This document shows positions 49,980 to 59,388 of a stretch of DNA of 64,000 nt, one piece after another. The translations under genes and the position numbers were made by a program. Numbering within the stretch: position 1 is the stretch's first letter; the number at the start of each line of letters is the position of its first letter. The notes under the pieces were generated by a model. It did not search any database. It was not told the origin of the DNA and was given only the letters and a program-made list of their open reading frames with translations. The stretch comes from Pseudomonadota bacterium (lineage in GTDB: Bacteria > Pseudomonadota > Gammaproteobacteria > Enterobacterales > Enterobacteriaceae), in NCBI GenBank assembly GCA_018261615.1, contig JAGTSE010000017.1, forward strand, positions 2,239 to 66,238, written 5' to 3'.

Positions 49980-50864
49980 TCAGTGAAGGTATTGCGTCAC
50001 TATTTGGCGGATCTGTTGTAATTGTTGTTCGCTAAACGTGACGGCGTAACGGCTGTCGCCAACGTCATATCCCATGATTTGTAATGCTTTTTTGACCGCG
50101 GCGGGAGAAAACGCCACGTTGTACAAGTCGGTGCGCAGCCCAGTGACGCTCTCCTGCGCCGTGCGGGAACCGGGGATATCCCCGGCGGTAAAACGTGACC
50201 AGATGGCATTGATAGCCTGCGGCGCAACGTTCGCCAGCCCGGAAATACAGGCTGAACAGCCATCGACAAATCCCTGATGGATCAGTGAGTCCGGGCCGTT
50301 TAACACATCGAAATCGCTAATATCGTCAACCGCATGCAAAAAACCGCTCAGGCTCTCATAGCTGCCCGCACTGTCTTTGATGCCGATGATATTCGGGTGC
50401 GCCGCCAGCGTGCGTGCGGTCTGCGGTTCGATAGTGTTGCCGGTACGTGCCGGGATGTTGTAGAGAAAAACCGGCACGCTCAACGCGTCCGCCACGGCGG
50501 TGTAATGGGCAATAAGTTCATCCTGCTTCAGCGGCACGAAATAGGGTGTGATCACCGAAACAGCATCGACACCGAGCTTTTCAATCTCTTTGCCCAGACG
50601 AACGGTTTCCCACGTCGAGATCTCGCCAATATGCGCCACCACTGGCGCGCGCCCGGCGACTTCATCGACGCAGGTGGCGGTGATGGCCACTTTTTCCTGC
50701 GCGTTCAGCACGAAGAATTCGCCATTGGTACCGCCGCAAAAGATGCCGTTTCCAGCATCAAGCTGGAGATTGAGCTGCTGTTTTAGCGCCTGCGGGTTGA
50801 AAGCGCCCCCGGCGTCAAAAGGCGTGATAATGGCGGTCAGTACGCCTTTTATTGGTTTGTTCAT
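49980..50864 (-). CDS. DapA/NanA-family class I aldolase
   Basis: TAIITPF, GTNGEF, LYNIPARTG, Schiff-base IGIKDS. Confidence 0.9.
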   Translation of the reverse strand: MNKPIKGVLTAIITPFDAGGAFNPQALKQQLNLQLDAGNGIFCGGTNGEFFVLNAQEKVAITATCVDEVAGRAPVVAHIGEISTWETVRLGKEIEKLGVDAVSVITPYFVPLKQDELIAHYTAVADALSVPVFLYNIPARTGNTIEPQTARTLAAHPNIIGIKDSAGSYESLSGFLHAVDDISDFDVLNGPDSLIHQGFVDGCSACISGLANVAPQAINAIWSRFTAGDIPGSRTAQESVTGLRTDLYNVAFSPAAVKKALQIMGYDVGDSRYAVTFSEQQLQQIRQIVTQYLH

Positions 50865-50881
50865 CACAACTCCTCTGTTTG

Positions 50882-50907
50882 CGCCGGATGGCGGCTGCGC
50901 CATCCGG
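50882..50907. repeat. REP-like hairpin
   Basis: GCCGGATGGCG-gctg-CGCCATCCGGC. Confidence 0.65.
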
Positions 50908-50922
50908 CAATCAAGTCATGCA

Positions 50923-52059
50923 TTAAAACAACGTTTGATAAATTGCCTGTACATCCTCGTGACTGACGGCGCAGGGCGCGTTATTCATCAACCGCTTAAC
51001 ATTGAGTGCCGCATCACTCAGCGCCGGGATATCGGCACGCGGCACGCCGAGCGCTTCGAGGTTGTCCGGCAGATTCAGGCGCTTCACCAGGGCTGCAAAC
51101 CATGCCACCAGCGCATGGGATTTCTCTTCTGCGCTCAGTGAGGTGTCTGCGTCGGGCAGCAGATCCCACACCCGCGCGAATTTCTCCACGGCGTGCGGGC
51201 GCACCACTTTCATGCATGGAGCGAGCAGAATGGCGTTCGCCACGCCGTGCGGCAGGTGATATTTGCCGCCCAGCGGATAAGAGAGCGCATGTACCAGATG
51301 GGTTCCGGCATGAGTAATCGCCGCGCCGCCATAATAAGAGGCCCACAGCATCTCCAGCCGTGCGTTCAGGTTGTGCGGTTCATTGATTGCGGTTTCGATA
51401 TTGCGCAGCAGCTTGTGCAGACCGATTAGCGCGACGTTATCGCTGACCGGATTGGCGATCGTGGCGGTAAAGCACTCAATCAGATGGCACAGCGCATCGA
51501 TGCCGGTCGAAGAGGCAATGTGCGCGGGCATGCTGGTGGTCAACTCCGGGATCAGCGCCACGTAATCTGGCAGCATCACTGGTGAAATGATGCCGATTTT
51601 GGTGTCCTGCTCAGGAATGGCCAGAATAGAATTCGGCGTGGCTTCCGAGCCGGTACCAGCCGTGGCCGGGATCAGCAGTGAGCTGATGCGCGCAGTCGGC
51701 TTCTCGCCTTTCAGTAGCGCATCAAGACCCGGTGACGCTGGGTGGCACTGCACGGAGAGAAGCTTCGCTACATCCAGCACGCTGCCACCGCCAATGCCTA
51801 CCACCAGGTCAAATGCAGTGATGTGTAATGTACCGACAATTTTCGCGACATCATGCTGGCTCGGCTCCGGCGGTACATTGTCAATCAATTGAACGTACCT
51901 GCCATCGCTCTCCAGCAGGGCGCGAATCTGTTGTGTCGCTGCGAGCTTAACAATGTTGCCGTCGCTGACCAGCAGGACGTTCTTTTTACCGGCCAGCAGC
52001 GGAGCAATCGCTGGAATCGCCCCCGCGCCGCTAATCAGTGTGCTGTTAATGGTTACCAC
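50923..52059 (-). CDS. Iron-containing alcohol dehydrogenase family protein
   Basis: GGGSVLD, ATAGTGSE, DALCH, HAGTHLVHALS, PHGVAN. Confidence 0.92.
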   Translation of the reverse strand: MVTINSTLISGAGAIPAIAPLLAGKKNVLLVSDGNIVKLAATQQIRALLESDGRYVQLIDNVPPEPSQHDVAKIVGTLHITAFDLVVGIGGGSVLDVAKLLSVQCHPASPGLDALLKGEKPTARISSLLIPATAGTGSEATPNSILAIPEQDTKIGIISPVMLPDYVALIPELTTSMPAHIASSTGIDALCHLIECFTATIANPVSDNVALIGLHKLLRNIETAINEPHNLNARLEMLWASYYGGAAITHAGTHLVHALSYPLGGKYHLPHGVANAILLAPCMKVVRPHAVEKFARVWDLLPDADTSLSAEEKSHALVAWFAALVKRLNLPDNLEALGVPRADIPALSDAALNVKRLMNNAPCAVSHEDVQAIYQTLF

Positions 52060-52083
52060 AACTTTCTCCTGTCTCTGTTATGG

Positions 52084-52205
52084 TGATTAATCTCAATCAT
52101 CAGATGGCAATCACGGTCACTACATGGCCTAAATTTATAATTTATTCGCAAAATGAATAAGTTGATCTTGCTCACATATAATCAATAATGATTGAATATA
52201 ATCAT
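52084..52205. promoter_or_regulatory. Divergent promoter with two TGATT-N6-AATCA palindromes and a CRP-like site
   Basis: Palindromes at 52084-52099 and 52189-52204; GTTGA-N6-TCACA at 52161-52176. Confidence 0.55.
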
Positions 52206-52233
52206 ATCCAGAGCATAATGACCCGGAGAAGGG

Positions 52234-53481
52234 ATGAACGAACAACTGGTGGTGAAAGAGGTTGTGATCCTCGCGGATGATTTCACTGGCGCGAACGACG
52301 CCGGTGTCAGCCTGGCGCAGGCGGGCATGCACGTTGAAGTAGCGCTGACGGCAGGTTACGCAAGCCAGGCGCAGGCGCTGATCTACAACAGCGACAGCCG
52401 GGCGCTGACGGCCCTGGATGCCGCCGCGCGTATTCACGCGCTGACTGCGGAGATCAGCACCCATTACGCGCCGCGCTGGTTAGTGAAAAAAATCGACTCC
52501 ACCCTGCGCGGCAATGTCGGTGCGGAAGTTGCCGCCATGATGCAGACGCTGCAGGCAGCGGCGGCCGTTATCGCCCCGGCGTTTCCACAGGCAGGGCGCA
52601 CCACCCACAACGGGCAGTGTTATGTGCAGGGCGTGCTGCTGACGGAGACCGAATTTGCCAGCGACCCGAAAACACCTGTGCAAAGCGCGGATATCGGCAA
52701 CCTGTTGGCGCTGCATAGCTCGGCGGAATGTCGCTATCTGCAACCGGCGCAACTGGCGGAAGCACTGGCGCAGGCAACCATGGATGTGCCGCAATTACTG
52801 ATTGTGGATGCGCAGACCGATGCCGATCTCGACCTGATTGTGGCCCAGGCGACACGCGCCGCCACGACGCCGCTGCTGGTGGGATCCTCTGGGCTGTGCG
52901 ATGCGCTGGCACGCCATCTGGCGCCGCAAAAACCGCCTGCACTGCTGGCGATAATTGGCTCCATGAGCGAAATCGCTCAACAACAACTGGAGCAGGCCGC
53001 AACGCATCCGCGCGTGACGCGTCTGCTGATTGATGCTGATGCGGCATTGGGCGCGGAGAGTGTGTCATACCGGCAGGCGATTATTACCGCGCTGTGTGCT
53101 GGCGGTCACTGCCTGGTGCATACCTGCCCGGATGTGCAGGCGCGGCATCAAATTGCTGCGCTGTGCGCCCGTCGCGGCCTGAGCCGCAGCGAACTGGGTG
53201 AGCAAATTTGCGCATTTCTGGCGCAATTGACGCGCGAGGTACTGAGTGAGGTAACGCCCGCAGCGCTCTATCTTTCCGGTGGCGATGTTGCCGTGGCGGT
53301 GGCGCAGGCGCTGGGGGCGAGTGGTTTTCATATTCAGGGGCGAGCCGCAGGTTGCGTGCCCTGGGGCTATTTTACAGGTTGCGAGTGGCAACGACCGGTG
53401 ATGACCAAGGCGGGTGGCTTTGGCGACAAAACGACCTTGCTTAAGGTTCTGCATTTTATTGAGGAGAAATCGAGTGACTAA
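52234..53481 (+). CDS. dtnK: Four-carbon acid sugar kinase (DUF1537; D-threonate kinase-like)
   Basis: ADDFTGAND, KKIDSTLRGN, SGGDVA, TKAGGFG; coupled to pdxA2 and DeoR. Confidence 0.85.
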   Translation: MNEQLVVKEVVILADDFTGANDAGVSLAQAGMHVEVALTAGYASQAQALIYNSDSRALTALDAAARIHALTAEISTHYAPRWLVKKIDSTLRGNVGAEVAAMMQTLQAAAAVIAPAFPQAGRTTHNGQCYVQGVLLTETEFASDPKTPVQSADIGNLLALHSSAECRYLQPAQLAEALAQATMDVPQLLIVDAQTDADLDLIVAQATRAATTPLLVGSSGLCDALARHLAPQKPPALLAIIGSMSEIAQQQLEQAATHPRVTRLLIDADAALGAESVSYRQAIITALCAGGHCLVHTCPDVQARHQIAALCARRGLSRSELGEQICAFLAQLTREVLSEVTPAALYLSGGDVAVAVAQALGASGFHIQGRAAGCVPWGYFTGCEWQRPVMTKAGGFGDKTTLLKVLHFIEEKSSD

Positions 53482-54460
53482 TATCATTGCTGTAACGATG
53501 GGCGACCCGGCGGGTATTGGCCCGGAGATCATTATTAAATCGCTGGTCGAAGGAGAGTTATCCGGTGCGCCGGTGGTGGTGGTGGGATGTGCGCGTACCT
53601 TCCAGCGCATTCTGGCGATGAATATTACGCCACGTGCGGAACTGAAGGTCATTGACCGGGTTGCCGATACGCGTTTTGCGCCGGGCGTGATCAACGTCAT
53701 TGATGAGCCGCTGGACGATGCCGATGCGCTACAACCGGGCGTGGTGCAGGCGCAGGCGGGCGATCTGGCGTACCGATGTATCAAACGCGCGACCGCGCTG
53801 GCGATGAACGGTGAGGTAAAAGCGATTGCTACCGCGCCGCTGAATAAAGAGGCGCTGCATCTTGCTGGGCACCACTATCCGGGTCATACCGAACTGCTGG
53901 CGCATCTGACCGACAGCAAAGATTACGCAATGGTGCTTTACACCGATAAGCTGAAAGTGATCCACATCACTACGCATATTGCGCTGCGGAAGTTCCTCGA
54001 TACCCTCAATCAGGATCGCGTAAAAACCGTTATTCGCATTGCGGATACATTCCTCAAACGCGTCGGCTACAATAACCCGCGCATAGCCGTTGCCGGGGTT
54101 AACCCGCACGCCGGCGAAAACGGTCTGTTTGGTGATGAAGAGATCAACATTGTCGGCCCGGCGGTAGATGCCATGAAAGCGGAAGGGCTGAATGTTATCG
54201 GACCGTGCCCACCGGATACGGTGTTTATGCAGTGCCACGAAGGGATGTATGACATGGTGGTGGCGATGTACCACGATCAGGGACATATTCCATTAAAATT
54301 GCTGGGATTTTACGATGGCGTTAATATCACCGCGGGTCTGCCTTTTATCCGTACCTCGGCGGATCATGGCACCGCATTTGATATCGCCTGGCGTGGCAAA
54401 GCGAAAGCAGAGAGTATGGCGGTATCCATCGAGTTAGCTATGCAAATTACACGGGAATAA
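53474..54460 (+). CDS. pdxA2: D-threonate 4-phosphate dehydrogenase (PdxA2)
   Basis: [37 protein letters not shown]; GTG start overlaps the kinase stop. Confidence 0.88.
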   Translation: MTNIIAVTMGDPAGIGPEIIIKSLVEGELSGAPVVVVGCARTFQRILAMNITPRAELKVIDRVADTRFAPGVINVIDEPLDDADALQPGVVQAQAGDLAYRCIKRATALAMNGEVKAIATAPLNKEALHLAGHHYPGHTELLAHLTDSKDYAMVLYTDKLKVIHITTHIALRKFLDTLNQDRVKTVIRIADTFLKRVGYNNPRIAVAGVNPHAGENGLFGDEEINIVGPAVDAMKAEGLNVIGPCPPDTVFMQCHEGMYDMVVAMYHDQGHIPLKLLGFYDGVNITAGLPFIRTSADHGTAFDIAWRGKAKAESMAVSIELAMQITRE

Positions 54461-54461
54461 T

Positions 54462-55223
54462 ATGAAGGGATATAACCGGTTAGAGCAGATAATGGATTAC
54501 CTGAAAGGGCATAATCTGGTGACGGTGGATCAACTGGTTGCGGCAACCGATGCCTCGCCAGCCACCATTCGCCGCGATTTGATTAAACTCGATCAGGAAG
54601 GGGTTATCAACCGCACTCACGGCGGCGTGACGCTAAACCGGTTTATCCCCTTGCAGCCTACCACCAGCGAGAAAATGCAGCGTAACCTGGCGGAGAAACA
54701 CGCCATTGCCTGCGCGGCAGCGGCGCTGGTGAAAGCGGGGGACGCCATTGTACTGGATGCCGGAACGACGATGATTGAACTGGCGCGCCAGTTAACCCAT
54801 CTGCCGCTGCGGGTGATCACCAGCGACCTGCATATCGCGCTGTTTCTCTCGGAATTTAAGCAGATTGAAGTGACAATTATCGGCGGACGCATTGATGACT
54901 CCAGCCAGTCGTGCATTGGCGAGCACGGACGCAAGCTGCTGCAAAATATCTGGCCGGACTGGGCGTTTGTCAGCTGCAACGGCTGGGATTTTGAACGTGG
55001 CATTACCGCGCCTACGGAGGAAAAAGCCGCGCTGAAGCATGATCTGATCGTCAATGCAAAGCGGCGGGTGTTGCTGGCCGACAGTAGCAAATATGGCGCA
55101 TGGTCGCTGTTTAACGTGGCGAAACTCGATTCGTTGACGGATATCATTACTGACGCACAGCTCAGTCCCGAGCTCCGCCAGCAGCTTGCAGTGTTGCCAG
55201 GGCGGCTAACCATAGCCGGTTAA
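54462..55223 (+). CDS. DeoR/GlpR-family transcriptional regulator
   Basis: [12 protein letters not shown]; LDAGTT. Confidence 0.92.
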   Translation: MKGYNRLEQIMDYLKGHNLVTVDQLVAATDASPATIRRDLIKLDQEGVINRTHGGVTLNRFIPLQPTTSEKMQRNLAEKHAIACAAAALVKAGDAIVLDAGTTMIELARQLTHLPLRVITSDLHIALFLSEFKQIEVTIIGGRIDDSSQSCIGEHGRKLLQNIWPDWAFVSCNGWDFERGITAPTEEKAALKHDLIVNAKRRVLLADSSKYGAWSLFNVAKLDSLTDIITDAQLSPELRQQLAVLPGRLTIAG

Positions 55224-55234
55224 CCGCACGGGCT

Positions 55235-56179
55235 TCAGGGCAGGCGGGCGATATTGGCTTTAATGACCGCGACGGAGTGATTGAATTTAGCCACTTCGTC
55301 ATCTTCCAGTTGTAACTCAATAATCTGCTGGACGCCGCTTTGCGTCAGCACGGCAGGTACGCCAATTGCCACATCTTGTACGCCGTATTCTCCGTCAAGA
55401 ATGCAGGAGATCGCCAGCGCGCGGTGGCTGCCGGTAAAGATATTACGGCAGATCTCGGCGATAGTCCCTGCAATGCCGTACTCGGTGCAGCCTTTGCGGT
55501 TGTAGATCTCAAAGCCATGGCGGCGCACTTTTTCTGCCAGTGTGTCGAAATCTAAGGAGTGTCCGGTTTTGCGCAGATAGACATCGGCAATCGGCGAACC
55601 GTACACCGACGAGTGCGACCACACTGGAAATTGCGTATCGCCGTGTTCGCCGAGAATAAACGCATCAATACTTTGTGCACCAATATCCAGCGCTTGCGCC
55701 AGCGTACGACGCAAGCGTGTGGTATCCAGCCAGACGCCGGTACCGATCACCTGGCTACGCGGCAGGCCGGAGAGTTGCCACACTTGCCAGGTAATAATGT
55801 CGCACGGGTTGGTGGCGATAAGGAAAATACCGTTAAAACCGTTGGCCATCATCGATGGGACGATTTTTTTGACGATCCGCGCCGTGTTGGTCAACTCATC
55901 CAGCCGCGTCTGGCCCGGCTGTAATGGGCCGCCTGAGACAGTAATGACTGCAATGTCGATATCGGCGCACTCTTCCACCGGGCGTGTGGAGATGGTCATC
56001 ATGCCGGGCATATACGCGGCGGCATCTGCCAGATCCTGAACGTGGCCTTCCACACGCTGCTGATTGAGATCGACGAGGATCAACTCCTCGCAAATGTTTT
56101 GGTTCAGCAGGGCATACGCGGCGGACGCGCCCACATTTCCTGTACCGATAATCATCACCTTACGGGCTTTGGTATTCAT
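55235..56179 (-). CDS. LDH/MDH-family 2-hydroxyacid dehydrogenase
   Basis: GTGNVG, PGQTRLD, TNPCD, LDTTR, GEHGD. Confidence 0.9.
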   Translation of the reverse strand: MNTKARKVMIIGTGNVGASAAYALLNQNICEELILVDLNQQRVEGHVQDLADAAAYMPGMMTISTRPVEECADIDIAVITVSGGPLQPGQTRLDELTNTARIVKKIVPSMMANGFNGIFLIATNPCDIITWQVWQLSGLPRSQVIGTGVWLDTTRLRRTLAQALDIGAQSIDAFILGEHGDTQFPVWSHSSVYGSPIADVYLRKTGHSLDFDTLAEKVRRHGFEIYNRKGCTEYGIAGTIAEICRNIFTGSHRALAISCILDGEYGVQDVAIGVPAVLTQSGVQQIIELQLEDDEVAKFNHSVAVIKANIARLP

Positions 56180-56422
56180 GCAATTTTCACTATCAGAGTT
56201 AGATATGGGCGTAAATTACCGCTACTTCTCCCTGTGATGCAACGCTGTGCTGGAGATATAAATTATTCCTATGACAGCGTCCGGGCTTTGCGCTGTATCA
56301 CCCGGATCCGCTGAGCATTTTTATGAAGAAAGCGCTGCGCTGAACGCCTTTGCGCACAAGCGATCAGGCGCGCCAGCATGCCCGGTTTGTTGTGTCGCCG
56401 TCAGCAACGCCACATCTGCACA

Positions 56423-57220
56423 TTAATATCGCGTAGGTGGCACGCCGAACATGGCGCGAAAAGCAAAGGTAAATGCGGCCGGGCTTGAATAGCCAAGATC
56501 AAGCGCGACCTGCGTGACGCTACGGTTGTTTTTTAACATCACCACAGACTCAAGCAAGCGAACGCGTTTTTTCCATTCGCTGAACGCCACACCGGTCTCC
56601 TTTTTGAAACGGCGTGAAAACGTGCGCACCGACATACCGCTACAGGAGGCCCACTGCTCAATGCTGTGTGCTTCACCCGGCGTTTTTTGGATCTGGCTGC
56701 ATACTTTTGTCAGCAACGGTGATCCTGGCCATGATATCGACAGACCGGCATCAGGCAACCGCCGAAGTAATGAAATTAATACCTGTACAAGCTGTGAATC
56801 TTCTCCTTCATAATCATACAGCTCCGGCACATTCTGCGTCGCGTAGTGGATAAACTCACGCACGAAATCGCTGACCACCACTACTTTGCTGCCGCTAAAG
56901 GCGATGGTCGCGAAATCGGCTTCCACATAGAGGCTTTCCAGCAACACGTCGCTACCCGCAAGAATACGGTGCGGCACATGGGCCGGTATCCAGACGCCAT
57001 AAAGAACGGGAACCACCAGCGTCTTGCCCTCAATTTCTACACGCATATTTCCTTTGCGCGCATAGAGAAATTCCGCGAACGGGTGCTCATGTCTGTCCAC
57101 TCCTGTATCGCCCGACAAAGGGTAGCTGCGAAAGTACACCGGACGAGGCAGAGTCAATAGTACCGGCGCGGGTTGGCCACAAATGGGCTGACGCGGTGGG
57201 GACACTAGCTTAGAGCACAT
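56423..57220 (-). CDS. AraC-family regulator with N-terminal cupin domain
   Basis: HEHPFAEFLY..WIPAHVPH; C-terminal HTH pair; start may extend to 57262. Confidence 0.88.
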   Translation of the reverse strand: MCSKLVSPPRQPICGQPAPVLLTLPRPVYFRSYPLSGDTGVDRHEHPFAEFLYARKGNMRVEIEGKTLVVPVLYGVWIPAHVPHRILAGSDVLLESLYVEADFATIAFSGSKVVVVSDFVREFIHYATQNVPELYDYEGEDSQLVQVLISLLRRLPDAGLSISWPGSPLLTKVCSQIQKTPGEAHSIEQWASCSGMSVRTFSRRFKKETGVAFSEWKKRVRLLESVVMLKNNRSVTQVALDLGYSSPAAFTFAFRAMFGVPPTRY

Positions 57221-57429
57221 AACAACCTGACCTCTATTCGATGAAGTTTGTCTTGATAGCACAGCGCAGGTAGGGCGGGTTTACTGAATAATGAAGGGGT
57301 CATAAAAATGTTTCACCCGTCATGCATAATTTACCAGCCATCTGCATGAGCGATAAGCCTTTTCTCACATATTGGCTGGGGTGACGGGGATATTTACGCT
57401 TGGCAGCAAGCTATGTTGAAGGAAAGATG

Positions 57430-58578
57430 ATGGCTAACGAATGTACCGTCGAGGCGATCGGCAAACCAGACCACTGGCTGCGGATAGTGCAGGAACTGCT
57501 ATCGCAGGCCGGCATTGTGATTAATGGACCTGAACCCTGGGATATCCGGGTACACGATGCGCGCTTTTTCAAGCGCGTATTACAGCAGGGATCTCTCGGC
57601 CTGGGCGAAAGTTATATGGATGGCTGGTGGGATTGCAAACAGCTCGATGTTTTTTTTGACAAGCTGCTCCGCGCCCGGCTGGACGAGCAGCGCCCCGCAA
57701 GTTTTGCCGATCTTCTTCGCATCGCCTTTGCACGGCTCGGGAATCCTCAGTCGCGCAGACGCGCCTGGCAAGTTGGCGAAGCGCACTACGATCTGGGTAA
57801 TGATCTGTTTAGTCGCATGCTTGATCCTCATATGCAATATTCCTGCGGTTACTGGAAAGACGCCAGTGAGCTCTGTACGGCCCAGGAGGATAAACTGGCG
57901 CTAATCTGCGAAAAACTGCAGCTAAAACCGGGGATGACACTACTGGATATTGGCTGCGGCTGGGGTGGTTTGGCTGAGTATGCGGCACGTCATTATGGCG
58001 TCAGCGTTGACGGTATTACGATTTCGGCAGAACAAAAAGCCTACGCCGAAAGCCGCAGCGCCGGGCTGGACATTCGCATCTTGCTCGAGGATTATCGCGA
58101 TCTGGATAGACAATATGATCGTATCGTCTCGGTCGGCATGTTTGAACATGTTGGCCCGAAAAACTACGCGACCTACTTTCAGGTTGCGGATCGCTGCCTG
58201 AAGCCTGAAGGCCTTTTTTTACTGCATTCCATCGGATCAAATAAAACCCAACATAACGTTGATGCCTGGATCAATAAATATATATTTCCTAACGGCTGTC
58301 TACCCTCGGTAAAACAAATCGCTGAGGCCAGCGAGCCTTATTTTGTCATCGAAGATTTACATAATTTCGGTGCCGATTACGATAAAACCCTGATGGCATG
58401 GCATCGCCGTTTTAATCAGGCCTGGCCACAATTGTCAGGCAATTACTCAACGAAATTTCACCGTATGTTCAACTACTATCTCACCGCCTGTGCGGGGGCA
58501 TTTCGTGCCAGAAATATCCAACTCTGGCAACTGGTGTTAAGTCGTGGCGTAATCGGCGGGCTGCGTGTGGCTCGCTAA
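57430..58578 (+). CDS. cfa: Cyclopropane fatty acyl phospholipid synthase
   Basis: 382 aa; GSLGLGESYMDGWW, LDIGCGWG, SVGMFEHVG, KYIFPNG; not in the usual cfa neighbourhood. Confidence 0.93.
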   Translation: MANECTVEAIGKPDHWLRIVQELLSQAGIVINGPEPWDIRVHDARFFKRVLQQGSLGLGESYMDGWWDCKQLDVFFDKLLRARLDEQRPASFADLLRIAFARLGNPQSRRRAWQVGEAHYDLGNDLFSRMLDPHMQYSCGYWKDASELCTAQEDKLALICEKLQLKPGMTLLDIGCGWGGLAEYAARHYGVSVDGITISAEQKAYAESRSAGLDIRILLEDYRDLDRQYDRIVSVGMFEHVGPKNYATYFQVADRCLKPEGLFLLHSIGSNKTQHNVDAWINKYIFPNGCLPSVKQIAEASEPYFVIEDLHNFGADYDKTLMAWHRRFNQAWPQLSGNYSTKFHRMFNYYLTACAGAFRARNIQLWQLVLSRGVIGGLRVAR

Positions 58579-58659
58579 ATACAATATTTAGAAGGCGAGC
58601 CCGTTTGTCTGAATTAAAAAAAGAGTCTCTGTCCTTATATTCACTGGAAGCTAAATAAT

Positions 58660-59379
58660 ATGAACGTTAATTTCTTTGTTACCTGCATTGGCGACGCGCT
58701 TAAATCGCGCATGGCCCGCAACAGTGTCTTGCTGCTCGAACAGTTGGGTTGTCATGTCCAGTTTCCGGAAAAGCAGGGGTGTTGTGGTCAACCGGCAATT
58801 AATAGCGGCTACATTACCGATGCGTTGCCGGGCATGAAAGCGCAAATTGCTGCGCTTGAGATCAACGACGATCCCATTATTTCTCCCGCTGGCTCCTGTA
58901 TGAACGCGATTCGCCACTATCAGGACTGGCTGAGCGATGAACCTGAATGGGCAATGCGCGCGGCGAAAGTAGCCAGTCGGATGGTCGATCTGACCTCCTT
59001 TATCGTTAACCAGCTTGGTGTGACGGATGTCGGCGCGCGCCTGCCAGGACGGGCTGTTTACCATCCTTCATGCAGTCTATTTCGTAAGCTGGGCGTACGC
59101 GATGAACCTCTGGCGTTGTTACGTGAAGTCCGCGAACTGGAAATCATCCCCTTTAGCGCCCAGGAAACTTGCTGTGGTTTTGGCGGTACTTTTTCGGTCA
59201 AGATGGCCGAGATTTCCGGTGAGATGGTGAAGGAGAAGGTTGCGCATCTCATGGAAGCGAAACCGGATTATGTAATCGGCGCGGATGCCAGTTGCCTTAT
59301 CAATATTGGCGGACGTTTGCAGCGCGAAGGCTACAACGTTCGTGTGCTCCACATTGCTGACGTGCTGATGAGCCGCTAA
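58660..59379 (+). CDS. ykgE: L-lactate utilisation Fe-S subunit LutA/YkgE
   Basis: Two CCG domains (QGCCGQP, TCCGFGGTF). Confidence 0.92.
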   Translation: MNVNFFVTCIGDALKSRMARNSVLLLEQLGCHVQFPEKQGCCGQPAINSGYITDALPGMKAQIAALEINDDPIISPAGSCMNAIRHYQDWLSDEPEWAMRAAKVASRMVDLTSFIVNQLGVTDVGARLPGRAVYHPSCSLFRKLGVRDEPLALLREVRELEIIPFSAQETCCGFGGTFSVKMAEISGEMVKEKVAHLMEAKPDYVIGADASCLINIGGRLQREGYNVRVLHIADVLMSR

Positions 59380-59388
59380 GGAAGCAAC

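Noticed and set aside
47321-50864. Classical sialic acid (nan) operon
   Set aside because: No NanK/NanE/NagA genes, the aldolase motif differs from NanA, and the cluster is linked to a tetronate kinase instead.
53474-54460. Vitamin B6 biosynthetic pdxA
   Set aside because: Context with a DUF1537 kinase and DeoR indicates the catabolic PdxA2 paralogue.
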